A stretch of 64,000 bases of DNA from an uncultured Chloroflexia bacterium. GTDB taxonomy: Bacteria; Chloroflexota; Dehalococcoidia; UBA2979. The DNA lies in assembly GCA_963728205.1 (NCBI GenBank), contig CAVSIV010000001.1:384001-448000 (forward strand), in the 5' to 3' direction. The notes beneath the pieces are model-generated. The model saw only the letters and a list, made by a program, of their open reading frames with translations. It searched no databases and was not told where the DNA came from. Positions 1-9,719 of the stretch are shown piece by piece. Position 1 is the stretch's first letter; every line of letters begins with the position of its first letter. Position numbers and translations under genes: made by a program.

Positions 1-978
1 TTCCTCTCGGCCTTCGTGCTCGAGCTGCTCGCGACGTTCGCGGTCGCGCTGGTCGCGGTCGGCGTCGGGCTGCGGCTCGTCAACGGCGGGCTCGACCTGC
101 GCACGGGGCTGTTCGTGCTCGTGCTCGCGCCCGAGGCGTACCTGCCGCTGCGCCGCCTCGGCGCGCAGTACCACGACAGCGAGGAGGGCCTCACCGCGGC
201 GGCGGCGGTCTTCGACGTGATCGACGCGCCGGAGCCGCCGGCCCGCGCCGGCGGCGGGTTGCCCGACCTGCGCACCGGCGAGCTGCGCGTCGACGGCGTG
301 ACGGTGCGGCACCCGGGCCGCGAGCTCGAGGCGCCCAGCCGGGTGTCGTTCACCGTGCAGCCCGGCGAGGTGGTGGCGCTGAGCGGGCCGAGCGGCGCGG
401 GGAAGAGCACCCTGCTGCAGGTGATCCTCGGGCTCGTGCCCGCCGACGAGGGCTGGGTCTCGGTGCGCGACGGGCGCGGCGCGGTGGCCGACGTGGCGCG
501 GGTCGACGGCGAGGCGTGGCGGCGGCGGGTGGCGTGGGTGCCGCAGCAGCCGTTCCTCTTTGCGGGGACGGTCGCCGAGAACGTGCGGCTGGCGATGCCG
601 ATGGCATCCGACGGCGCGGTGCGCGCCGCGATGGACGCGGTGGGGCTCGGCGATGTGACGCCGGCGACGGTGCTGGGCGAGCGCGGCGAGGGGCTGTCGA
701 GCGGTCAGCGCCGGCGGCTCGGCGTGGCGCGCGCGCTGCTGCGGCCGGCCGCGCTGCTGTTGCTCGACGAGCCGACGGCGGGACTCGACCCCGAGGCAGA
801 GGCGGCCGTGCTCGAGGCGGTGTCGGAGGCGGCGCGCGGGCGCGGGCTGGCGGTGGTGCTGGTCGCGCACCGGCCGGCCGCGCTGGCGATCGCGGACCGC
901 GTCGTGGAGGTGGAGGCGCGGGAGGTGATGGAGGCGCCGTCGATGACGGCGCTGCGGTTGCGGGAGGCGGGGGCGTGA
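1..978 (+). CDS. cydD: Thiol reductant ABC exporter subunit CydD (5' truncated by window)
   Basis: Open from base 1 (FLSAFVLELLAT); CydD motif LVLAPEAYLPLRRLGAQYH; Walker A GPSGAGKS, LSSGQ signature, LLLDEPT; followed by cydC. Confidence 0.93.
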   Translation, partial: FLSAFVLELLATFAVALVAVGVGLRLVNGGLDLRTGLFVLVLAPEAYLPLRRLGAQYHDSEEGLTAAAAVFDVIDAPEPPARAGGGLPDLRTGELRVDGVTVRHPGRELEAPSRVSFTVQPGEVVALSGPSGAGKSTLLQVILGLVPADEGWVSVRDGRGAVADVARVDGEAWRRRVAWVPQQPFLFAGTVAENVRLAMPMASDGAVRAAMDAVGLGDVTPATVLGERGEGLSSGQRRRLGVARALLRPAALLLLDEPTAGLDPEAEAAVLEAVSEAARGRGLAVVLVAHRPAALAIADRVVEVEAREVMEAPSMTALRLREAGA

Positions 979-993
979 ACCCGGCGCGCGGCA

Positions 994-1021
994 GAGCCCA
1001 TCCTGAGCCGGTCGAAGGGCT
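994..1021. repeat. Short REP-like element (CCCATCCTGAGCCGGTCGAAGGG)
   Basis: Resembles the widespread CCTGAGCnnGTCGAAGG REP-like motif; intergenic just after the cydD stop. Single copy in the window. Confidence 0.45.
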
Positions 1022-1042
1022 TCAGGCCTCGTCGCACAGTCG

Positions 1043-1130
1043 AAGCGGCGGCAGATATGCCGCCGACAGGACGCGGACGCAGTCCGCGGCTGGTGCCGCG
1101 CTTCTGTCGGCGGCATATCTGCCGCCGCTT
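1043..1130. repeat. REP doublet (REPIN-like), family A
   Basis: Perfect 27-bp inverted arms: AAGCGGCGGCAGATATGCCGCCGACAG (1043-1069) and its reverse complement (1104-1130). Confidence 0.85.
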
Positions 1131-1198
1131 TGGGTGACGTTCATGCGCGCACGGCGCGCCTCGGGGCATGCTCACTGCCGTGGAAGCGGCTGCCTCTC

Positions 1199-2953
1199 GT
1201 GACCCGCGCCACTGCACACGGCGGGCCTGAAGCCCGCCGCGCGCCGGGGGCCGGAGCCTGCCGCGCGCCGGCGCTGCTGCGTGTCGCGCGGTTCGGGCGG
1301 CCGGCGGCGCGGCGGCTGGCGCTGGCGCTCGCCGCCGGGGTGGGCGCCTCCGCGGCGGCGGTCGGGCTGAGCGCGACCTCCGCGTGGCTGATCGCGCGCG
1401 CGGCGCAGCAGCCGCCGGTGCTCTCGCTGATGGTCGCGGTTGCGGCGGTGCAGGCGTTCGGGCTGGGGCGCGCGGTGCTGCGGTACGGCGAGCGGCTGGC
1501 GTCGCACGACGCGGCGTTCCGCGTGCTCGCGGAGCTGCGCGGGCGTGCCTACGCGCGGCTCGAGCGGCTGGCGCCGGCGGGGCTGGCGGCGTTCCGCTCG
1601 GGCGACCTGCTCACGCGCCTGGTGACCGACGTCGACGGCCTCGCCGACGTCTGGCTGCGCGTGCTGCTGCCCTACGGCGCGGCGGCGGTCGTGGGCGCGG
1701 GCGCGGTGGCGGTGGTCGGCGCGCTGGCGCCGGCGGCGGGCGTGGCGCTCGCGGTCACGCTCGTGGTGGCGTCGGTCGGCGTGCCGCTCGTTGCGGGGCG
1801 GCTGACGCGCGCCGCGGAGGCGCACGCGGCGCCGGCGCGCGGACGGCTGGCGGCGGCGGCGCTGGAGTTGCTCGACGGCGCGCCCGAGCTGCTGGCGGTG
1901 GGCGCGACGCCCGCGTACCTGGCGCGGATCGCGGCGCTCGACGGCGACCTCGCGGCGGCCGAGGCGAGCGCGGCGGCGGGCGACGGGCTGGGGACGCTCC
2001 TCACCACGCTCGCGGCGGGCGCGGCGACGTGGTGCGCGCTGTTCGCCGGCGTCGCCGCGGTACACGGCGGGCGGCTCGACGGCGTGTGGCTGGCGGTCGT
2101 CGTGCTGACCACGATCGCCGCGCACGAGGTCGTCGCGGAGCTGGCGCCGGCGGCGCAGCACCTGCCGGGGCTGGCCGCGTCGGCGGCGCGGGTGCTCGAC
2201 GTGCTCGCGCAGCCCGACCCGGTCGCGGAGCCGGCGACGCCGGCCGCGCTGCCGGCGGGGCCGCACGGGCTGCGCATCCGCGGCCTGCGCGCGCGCTACG
2301 CGGACGGCGCGTCCGACGTGCTGCGCGGCCTCGACCTCGACGTCGCGCCCGGCGATCGCGTGCTCGTCACCGGCCCGAGCGGCTCCGGCAAGAGCACGCT
2401 GGCCGCGGTGTTGCTGCGCTTCCTCGACGCCGCCGGCGGCAGCGTGGAGCTGGTCGGCGCCGACGGCGCCGTCCCGCTGGCCGCGCTGGCGAGCGACGAC
2501 GTCCGCCGCGTGATCGGCCTCTGCGAGCAGGACCCGCACCTCTTCGACTCGACGCTCCTCGAGAACGTGCGCCTCGCGCGGCCGGACGCCAGCGACGACG
2601 ACGTGCGCGCCGCGCTCGGCCGCGCGCAGCTGCTCGAGTGGGTGGAGTCGCTCCCGGACGGCCTCGACACGCCGGTCGGCGAGCACGGCGCGCGCCTCTC
2701 CGGCGGCCAGCGCCAGCGCATCGCGGTCGCGCGCGCGCTGCTCGCCGACGTGCCGGTGCTGGTGGTCGACGAGCCGACGGAGCACGTCGACGAGCGCATG
2801 GCCGAGGACCTGGTGCGCGACCTGCTCGCCGCGACCGCCGGCCGGACGTTGATCGTGATGACGCACCGCCCGGAGCTGATGGGCGCGACGGGCTGGGCCG
2901 CGCGCGTGGATCTCGGGGACGCGCTCCCCCGAGGAGCGACGGCCGCCGCCTAA
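1199..2953 (+). CDS. cydC: Thiol reductant ABC exporter subunit CydC
   Basis: SAWLIARAA, FGLGRAVLRYGERLASHDAAFR motif, Walker A GPSGSGKS, LSGGQ, DEPT. Start (GTG 1199) uncertain. Confidence 0.93.
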   Translation: MTRATAHGGPEARRAPGAGACRAPALLRVARFGRPAARRLALALAAGVGASAAAVGLSATSAWLIARAAQQPPVLSLMVAVAAVQAFGLGRAVLRYGERLASHDAAFRVLAELRGRAYARLERLAPAGLAAFRSGDLLTRLVTDVDGLADVWLRVLLPYGAAAVVGAGAVAVVGALAPAAGVALAVTLVVASVGVPLVAGRLTRAAEAHAAPARGRLAAAALELLDGAPELLAVGATPAYLARIAALDGDLAAAEASAAAGDGLGTLLTTLAAGAATWCALFAGVAAVHGGRLDGVWLAVVVLTTIAAHEVVAELAPAAQHLPGLAASAARVLDVLAQPDPVAEPATPAALPAGPHGLRIRGLRARYADGASDVLRGLDLDVAPGDRVLVTGPSGSGKSTLAAVLLRFLDAAGGSVELVGADGAVPLAALASDDVRRVIGLCEQDPHLFDSTLLENVRLARPDASDDDVRAALGRAQLLEWVESLPDGLDTPVGEHGARLSGGQRQRIAVARALLADVPVLVVDEPTEHVDERMAEDLVRDLLAATAGRTLIVMTHRPELMGATGWAARVDLGDALPRGATAAA

Positions 2954-2978
2954 GCGGCGGCAGACATGCCCCCGACAG
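2952..2978. repeat. Single REP arm, family A
   Basis: AAGCGGCGGCAGACATGCCCCCGACAG overlapping the cydC stop codon. Confidence 0.7.
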
Positions 2979-3008
2979 GCCGGCGAGGCGAGCCGCCGCG
3001 CTCGCCGC

Positions 3009-4048
3009 CTACGGCGGCGAAGTCCCCCAGGAGATGATCCGCGGCGGCGCGTCTCCGCCGGCTAGCGCGAACGTCACGAACGCCGCGTGCGGACCGTCGA
3101 TCCACGAGCCAGGCTGCCCACTCGCGAAATGAAGGTCGATCGTCGTAGCGAGCGTGATCGCGTCCGGCGAGGCGCCGGGACTGACGTGCCACTGCGTGAT
3201 CGACCACGACGTCGGTCCCGAGCCCCCGTCGAGCCCGGGCATCGGAAGCGCCCAGAAGTCCGAGCGCGACCGGCCGCGTTGCCACGCGTCGAGATACGCG
3301 CGGAGCCGATCGAGCGCCGCCTGGACGAGCGAGTCAGGCGGGGCGAACTCGGGCGGGGTCCCGGGCGGCAGCGAGATCCCTTCGGCCGCCGCGTGTCCGC
3401 ACTCCATGTGGAACGGGGCGACGACGGCGTCAACGTGCAGCTTCGGCTGGCCGTCGCGGTTCACCCACGACATCAGGCGGTCGATATAGCCGCTGGACTT
3501 CACCGGGCTCGCGTGCGGCCCAGACCGCCAGACCCACGAGTACCCCGCGTGCAGCACCAGCGTCGTCGTGTCGCCGGAGACGGTCTGCGAGGCGACCTCG
3601 TCCGTCGTGGTGACGGAGTCGATGCGCCGCCGAGCGCCGCCGTGCACGCGTGGTAGCGCTTCGCCGCGTCGACCTGCCAGTCGAGCAGGGTCCGCACCGC
3701 GGGGTCGCCGCTCGCGAGGTCGTAAAACGGCGCGAGCAGCGCGGCCGGATCGCTCCCCGGCAGCATCGCGGCGTCATAGGCGCGGAAGAAGCGGTCGAGG
3801 TACGGCAGCGGCGGGGGCGTCGCCGTCGGGGTCGGCGTCGAGGTGGTGGGTACCACCAGGGGCGGAGGGGTGTAGCTCTCGGTCGTCCGAGCGCGGCTCG
3901 CGGTCGCACTCGCCTGCTCGGCAACGCCGACAGTCTGAGTCACGGTGGCGGCTGTGGGACTGCGCGAGGAGCAAGCGGCGAGCGTGACGAGTGCGACCAC
4001 GCCGCCGGCGAGCGAGGCGATCAGTAGCGGCACGAGTCCACGCCTCAT
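3009..4048 (-). CDS. Hypothetical lipoprotein, split by a frameshift near 3625-3640
   Basis: Lipobox LAAC plus Pro/Thr linker in ORF 3500-4048; protein-like sequence continues in ORF 3009-3647 (IDSVTTTDEV...). Confidence 0.6.
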
Positions 4049-5538
4049 GTGCCGGCCCCCGCCGGCGTGCCGGCGCCGCCCGGGCGGTCGATGAACCCGA
4101 GAACGACCGGGTGGATCCCGACGCCGACCGTCGTGTCACCGACGGAGATCTCGATCGTCGCCGTCGGGGCCGTGCAGGCGGGGGCAGCGAAGCCGATGGC
4201 GATCCCCTCCGGCACGAGCGCCTCGCCGTCGAGGTAGAACGCGCTGTGCTCCTCGTCGGCGCACACGAACGTGACGGCCCGGTCTCCGTACCACGAGCGG
4301 TGGACGGCGATGCGGCTCGCGACGGGTGTCGGTGGTCCGCCGCTCGTGGGCAGCAGGAGCCACTGCAGCGGATCGGACTCGACCGCCCGCGCGAACTGCA
4401 TGTCCGGGCACGTCCCCGGAGCGGCGAGCAGGCGCCGCTCGGCCGCCTCGGTCGGCGGCGAGAGCAGGCGCTCGGCGACGAGGACGGTGTCTTCACCAGG
4501 TGAGACTTCTGTGAACTCGAACGTGGGGAGGTCGCGCTGGATCGCGTTCAGGGCGGCGCCGCTCGCCGGATCCACGAGTACGACGCGGCGGGCAGGGTCG
4601 TAGGGTCCGAGCGCGCATCCTCCGCCGAAGCCACCGGACCGCTCGACCTGCAGGGTGGCCCCAGGGTCCACAAGGTGGGTGCCGTCGAGGACCCTGACGC
4701 TGCCGTCGACGGCCACCACCGCGCTGCCGCCGCCGCCCTCCGAGTACGTGAGGCCCTCGACGAGCAGCTCGTTCTCGGACAGCCAGCGCACTGGCGACGC
4801 GTCGCCGCGGAATCCCGGGAAGGTTGCCGCGGTCTGCGACACGCTGCGGATCTCCCGCCCATCGGACGCGGCGACGATCTCGATCGCATGTGCCCGGGTT
4901 TGCCCGCACTGGGTGAGGTCGCAGCGTTCGAACGCGATGCGGTCGCCGCTCGGCGAGAGCGCGAACGCGCCGAGCCAGGTGCCGGGCCGGCCCCAGAGCT
5001 CGCGCGCGCCGGAGCCATCGAGGTTATAGCTCCAGAGCGCCTGGCCGAAGTTGACGTAGATGCGCGAACCGCTGAGCCGAACGCGGATGGGGACCCCGCT
5101 TCCGATCACGAACGAACCGACGTCCTGCCCGGTGCCGACGTCGAAGGCGGCGACCCTCAGCCGCGTCTCGGCCTGCGTTGGGTAGCCAGGCTCCAGCGCT
5201 TCGAACACGACGATCGGGCCGGTCGCGCCACGCGGCCAGCCGTCGACGAGAATCCGCGCTCGGCGCGGAGGCCGTGGGCGCGATTGTCGGAAAGCCGGTG
5301 TCGGGCGGGAGCGTCGGCGTGGCCGGGGCCGGGGCCGCCGGGATGGCGAGCGGCGTGGAGGTGGCGCTCGCGGTGGTGGCGGTGGTGGTGGCGGCGGGCG
5401 ACGTCGGGGCAGTCGTCGACGGGGTGGCGGGTGTGCCGCGCGCGCAGCCGCCGGCGAGCAGTGTGAGGGCGCACGCGACCAGGGCCTCGACGGCCGTCGA
5501 CGTCGAGCCGGTCGGTCTCCACATGGTGAACGTCCTCA
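4045..5538 (-). CDS. Lipoprotein with TolB-like/beta-propeller domain, frameshift near 5252
   Basis: Lipobox LAGGC and Pro/Thr/Ala linker in ORF 5024-5596 join ORF 4045-5208 (NLDGSGAR, FALSPSGDRIAF) if one base is removed. Confidence 0.6.
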
Positions 5539-5655
5539 TGCCCGCCCGGCCGTCGCGACGTGATCGCAGACTGACGGAGGCAGCGGCGGGAGGCAACGCC
5601 GTCGCGGCTTGAACCGTCGTGCGGAGCGCGGAGCGGCCGCTGGCGCGGCCGGCAC

Positions 5656-5680
5656 ATCGGCGGCGTGTCTGCCGCCGCTT
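5656..5680. repeat. REP arm, family A
   Basis: ATCGGCGGCGTGTCTGCCGCCGCTT, identical to the arm at 43953-43977; degenerate partner near 5580-5605. Confidence 0.75.
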
Positions 5681-5704
5681 GCGACGATCGAGTCGGTCGG
5701 GGGC

Positions 5705-6547
5705 TCAGATCTCGCTGTAACCGGAGCCCTTGATGTCGACGCCGTAGCCGCTGGCCTCGTCGATCCAGCCGAACTCCTTGAGGATCGCCTGCGAGTAGGT
5801 GACGCGGCCCGTCACCCGGTCCAGCGGCTCGGTGGCCAGCAACAGGATCGAGTTCGCCATCGTGCGCACCGGCTCCCCGCGCGGGTCGTCGAGCGACGTG
5901 TGCAGCTTGTGGTAGACGGTGCCCTCGGTCGGCACGCCGACCGACGGCGACACGCACGTCACCGAGATCCCGTGCTCGTAGACCTCCTCGGCCAGGCCCT
6001 GCGTGAAGCGCTCGAGCGCTGCCTTGCTCGCGCCGTACATCGCGCCGCCGCGGCCCTTCGTCTGGTACGGGCCGCGGCCCGGGCCCACGGCGCCCATCGA
6101 CGAGATGTTCACGATGGCGCCGCCGTGGCGCGCGATCATGTCGGGCAGCACCGCCTGCGACAGCATGAACGGCCCGTGCACGTTGACCGCGAAGCCGCGC
6201 ATCCAGCGGCTCGCGGGATAGTCGACGACGGGGATGTAGTAGTTGAGCGCGGCGTTGTTGATGAGGACGTCGGCGGGGCCGAACGTGGACTGTGCCTCGT
6301 CGACGAGGCGGTGGCAGTCGGCCTCCTGCGACACGTCGCAGGCGACGGCATGCGCCTCGCCGCCGGCGTCGCGGATGGCCTGCACGGTGCTCGCGAGCGA
6401 GCCCGCCAGCTGGTGATCGCCCTCGTTCAGCGTGCGCGCGGCGCAGACGACGTGGGCGCCCTCCTCCGCGAACAGCACGGCGACCTCGCGGCCGATGCCC
6501 CGGCTGGCGCCCGTCACGATCGCGACCTTGCCGTCGAGCTTGCCCAT
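5705..6547 (-). CDS. Short-chain dehydrogenase/reductase (SDR)
   Basis: TGASRGIG, NNA, NISS and YGASK motifs; GGAGGT RBS before ATG 6547. Confidence 0.93.
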   Translation of the reverse strand: MGKLDGKVAIVTGASRGIGREVAVLFAEEGAHVVCAARTLNEGDHQLAGSLASTVQAIRDAGGEAHAVACDVSQEADCHRLVDEAQSTFGPADVLINNAALNYYIPVVDYPASRWMRGFAVNVHGPFMLSQAVLPDMIARHGGAIVNISSMGAVGPGRGPYQTKGRGGAMYGASKAALERFTQGLAEEVYEHGISVTCVSPSVGVPTEGTVYHKLHTSLDDPRGEPVRTMANSILLLATEPLDRVTGRVTYSQAILKEFGWIDEASGYGVDIKGSGYSEI

Positions 6548-6670
6548 GGTGCGCACCTCCTCGGGCGGCATCTTAGGCGCGCGGCACGCTTCCGGCGTGC
6601 CGTGGATCGCGCGCGGCGTCTTCCGGCGCGCGGCGTGGCGCCGCCGCAGCAAGCGGACGGCACAGCGCAG

Positions 6671-6758
6671 AACCAAAGCGGCGGCAGACATGCCGCCGAC
6701 GCCGACGCGGCCCATCGGGCCGCGATTTGTCGGCGGCATGTCTGCCGCCGCTTTGGTT
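6671..6758. repeat. REP doublet (REPIN-like), family A
   Basis: Perfect 30-bp inverted arms: AACCAAAGCGGCGGCAGACATGCCGCCGAC (6671-6700) and 6729-6758. Confidence 0.85.
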
Positions 6759-6783
6759 GGAGGCGGCCATGCGCTGCCGTGCG

Positions 6784-8025
6784 CTAGTAGCGGACCACCA
6801 CCCGGCCCTCCGCGGTCAACCGCGCGGTGTCGGGCGCGGCGAGCAACGGCGCCAGGTCGCGCGGCGCGGTGATCGTCGCCGGGTCACCGTCGCTCACGTA
6901 GAACTCCTCGGGGTGCTTCTCGACGGTCCCAAGCCACGCGTCGAGCACGGGGCCGTACGCCTGCGTGCGCGGGACGCGCATCGGGTCGAAGTCCGAGGCC
7001 GCGGGCGAGGGCGCCGGCCCGGAGCCGACGAGCAGCGCGCCGACGTTGTCGTAGCTCGTGCCGTCGTACGCGCCGTGCCGCAGCACGGCCGGCCCGCCCT
7101 TCGGGTACCCGCCGAACGGCAGCGCGACGACGTGCGGGTCGTACGCGGGCAGGTAGGTGTGGAGCCGCGCCACCGCGGTCGCGAGCTCCTTCGTCGCGAT
7201 CGCGTCGGAGACCGTCGAGAGGTCGACGTGGTCGAGCGTGTGGTTCCCGAGCGCGAAGCCGTTCGCGACCATGAAGTCGAGCTTCTGCTGCGCGTATTCG
7301 AGCTGCGCCGTGGTGCGCCCGAACGGGCCGTACGGCAGCAGGAAGAACGTCGCGTCGTGGCCGAAGCCCGGGTGCGCCTGGTCGAAGGCGAGCAGGATCG
7401 GCACGGCGGAGTCGGGGTCGGGTCGCGTCCGGCCGTTCGCGTCGACGAGGTAGCGGAACTGGCCCTCGGAGCCGTCGTCGAAGGTGAGCACGACCGGGCG
7501 CTTGCCGGCGGGCGCGGCGATGGCGTCCGCCAGGTAGTCGACGAGCGGCACCGTGACGAAGTCGTGGTCGTAGAGCCACTGCAGGTCGTTGCGCAGGTGC
7601 TGGGGCGAGCGGACGAACTGCGCCTCGGGCGTGCCGATCTGGTGGTATTCGAGCACGAGCACGCGGCCGAGCTCGTTGGGGCGGAGGCGGGCAAGGTCCG
7701 ACGCCGAGAGGCCGCCGGGGAGCGGCGCGACGGCGCCTCCGGCGCCGGCGGCGGGCGTCGGCGACGCGGTCGCCGTCGGCGGGGCGGCCTCTGTTGCCGG
7801 CGACGCGGCCGGCGTCGCCGTGAGCGCGGTGGGCGTGGCCGTCGCGGAAGTGAACGCGACGGCGGACGCGCGCGTGCCGCGCTCCGGCGGGGTCGCGGCG
7901 TGCCCCACGGCCTCGTGGCCGCAACCGGTCGCGACGAGCGCACACAGCGCGGCGATCGCGACGGCGGGCACAAGCAGGGCGGAAGAGAGGGACGCCGCGA
8001 GGCGGCGCAGGGGGTGGCGGGGCAT
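6784..8025 (-). CDS. Polysaccharide deacetylase (CE4/NodB) lipoprotein
   Basis: VLEYH, LTFDDG, GNHTLDH and ALPFG motifs; signal peptide with ATGC lipobox and P/T linker. Confidence 0.88.
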   Translation of the reverse strand: MPRHPLRRLAASLSSALLVPAVAIAALCALVATGCGHEAVGHAATPPERGTRASAVAFTSATATPTALTATPAASPATEAAPPTATASPTPAAGAGGAVAPLPGGLSASDLARLRPNELGRVLVLEYHQIGTPEAQFVRSPQHLRNDLQWLYDHDFVTVPLVDYLADAIAAPAGKRPVVLTFDDGSEGQFRYLVDANGRTRPDPDSAVPILLAFDQAHPGFGHDATFFLLPYGPFGRTTAQLEYAQQKLDFMVANGFALGNHTLDHVDLSTVSDAIATKELATAVARLHTYLPAYDPHVVALPFGGYPKGGPAVLRHGAYDGTSYDNVGALLVGSGPAPSPAASDFDPMRVPRTQAYGPVLDAWLGTVEKHPEEFYVSDGDPATITAPRDLAPLLAAPDTARLTAEGRVVVRY

Positions 8026-8282
8026 GCGGCGTGACGCCTCCTCGCGACCGGCCCCCACCGGTCGAGGACGCTAGCGCGTCCCTCGCCTACGCGCCGCAAG
8101 CGGTGCGCGCGAGGTCGCGCCGGACCCTCCCGCGGGGCCCGCGGGCGCCACGATTCGCCGCCGCTTGCGGCGCGCGCTAGGCTGTCGACGCCAGTCCACC
8201 GGCGGGGGAAATCGAGGCGAGCTCGACGCTCGCCGGGGGGTGTCACATCCGCCTGCCCCGCCCGCTCTCCGTCCTGCCCTGG

Positions 8283-9377
8283 GTGCTCGCGTGCGCGCTG
8301 ATCGTCCTCGCCGCGTGTGCGGACCCCTACGCCGACGGCGTCGCCACCGCGCCCGCAGAGCCGCGCGTCGCGGCGGCGTCCGCGACCTTTGCGCCGCCGA
8401 CGCCCGCGCCGACGCCCACCCCTGCGTCCGAGACGCCCACCCCGCCGCCGACCGCCGCCCCGATCGTCGCGACCTCCACCCCGACGCCAGCCGACCGCGC
8501 GACGCCGACGCCGTCTGCCACCCCCGCCGTCGTCGCGACGCCGACACGCGTGACGACCGCGACCGCGACCGCCACGCCGCGCGCCCACGGCGACCCCGCC
8601 ACGCCGTCGCTGCTCGACGCGTCGCGCATCGTCTCCGTCTATGGCGCGCCCGACGTGCCGGCGATGGGCGTCCTCGGCGCCGGCGCGCCGGAAGACGCCG
8701 CCGCGAAGGCGGAGTCGCTCGCCCGCGAGTACACCGCGCTCGATCCGTCGCGCCCGGCCATTCCCGCGTTCCACCTGATCGTCGCGGTCGCGCAGCCGCT
8801 GCCCGGCGCCGACGGCACCTACCTCGCGCGGCTCGCCGACACGCAGGTCCAGCAGTACGTCGACATCGCCCGCGCCCAGCACATGCTGCTGTTCCTCGAC
8901 GTGCAGGTCGGCTGGTCCGACCCGCTGACGGAGGTGGAGGCGCTGGCGCCCTACCTCGCCGAGCCGTTCGTCCATGTCGCGCTCGACCCGGAGTTCGCGA
9001 CGCGGCCGCTGGGCGAGGCGCCCGGCCAGGCCATCGGCGTGCTGTCGGCGACGCAGGTCAACGCGGTGCAGGCCTACCTCGCGCAGCTCGTGATCGACCG
9101 GGGGCTGCCCCCGAAGATCCTGATCGTGCACCAGTTCCTCGAGCGGATGCTCGACCACGCCGACGCGATCGGCCGTTACACGGGCGTCTCGCTCGTGATC
9201 GACATGGACGGCTTCGGCGCACCGGCTCTGAAGCTGTTCAAGTACGACCGCTACGCGGAGGCGTCGTACGCGGAGTTCCCGGCGATCAAGCTCTTCTACA
9301 AGTGGGACGATCCGTTGATGTCGGCGTCGGATCTGCTGGCGTTGCCGGATCCGCCCCGCATCGTGATCTACCAGTAA
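8283..9377 (+). CDS. Conserved hypothetical lipoprotein (possible TIM-barrel/glycoside-hydrolase-like)
   Basis: LAAC lipobox, long PT linker, globular domain with LFLDVQVG, LDPEF, IVHQF, MDGFG, IKLFY. True start may be ~8240 with a +1 error. Confidence 0.75.
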   Translation: MLACALIVLAACADPYADGVATAPAEPRVAAASATFAPPTPAPTPTPASETPTPPPTAAPIVATSTPTPADRATPTPSATPAVVATPTRVTTATATATPRAHGDPATPSLLDASRIVSVYGAPDVPAMGVLGAGAPEDAAAKAESLAREYTALDPSRPAIPAFHLIVAVAQPLPGADGTYLARLADTQVQQYVDIARAQHMLLFLDVQVGWSDPLTEVEALAPYLAEPFVHVALDPEFATRPLGEAPGQAIGVLSATQVNAVQAYLAQLVIDRGLPPKILIVHQFLERMLDHADAIGRYTGVSLVIDMDGFGAPALKLFKYDRYAEASYAEFPAIKLFYKWDDPLMSASDLLALPDPPRIVIYQ

Positions 9378-9386
9378 GGAAGTCGG

Positions 9387-9718
9387 CGTCGAGCGGGATC
9401 CCGGGAGGGTCCCGATCCCTCCCCACCGGCGCGTCCACGACCGGGGATCGCCGGACCGCCCTCCCGGCCTCGCCGACATGCGCTTGCGGTGCGTGAGCCG
9501 GTCGGGAGGGATCGGCAGCCTTCCAGCTGCCGCTCGACGTGGGCGCTCAGGGGCACGAGCGCCCACGTCGAGCGGGATCCCGGGAGGGTCCCGATCCCTC
9601 CCCACCTGCGCGTCCACGACCGGGGATCGCCGGACCGCCCTCCCGGCCTCGCCGACATGCGCTTGCGGTCCGTGAGCCGGTCGGGAGGGATCGGCAGCCT
9701 TCCAGCTGCCGCTCGACG
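9387..9718. repeat. Two tandem 153-bp MITE-like units, family B (9387-9539, 9566-9718)
   Basis: Near-identical direct repeats, each with imperfect terminal inverted repeats CGTCGAGCGG...CCGCTCGACG; palindromic 26-bp linker; between convergent genes. Confidence 0.85.
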
Positions 9719-9719
9719 C

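Noticed and set aside
6894-9617. Very long Arg/Ala/Pro-rich ORFs (e.g. 6894-9617, 42517-45450, most of 24041-27547 and 57416-60304)
   Set aside because: Shadow frames caused by high GC; they overlap genes with clear motifs. Only sub-segments are real CDSs.
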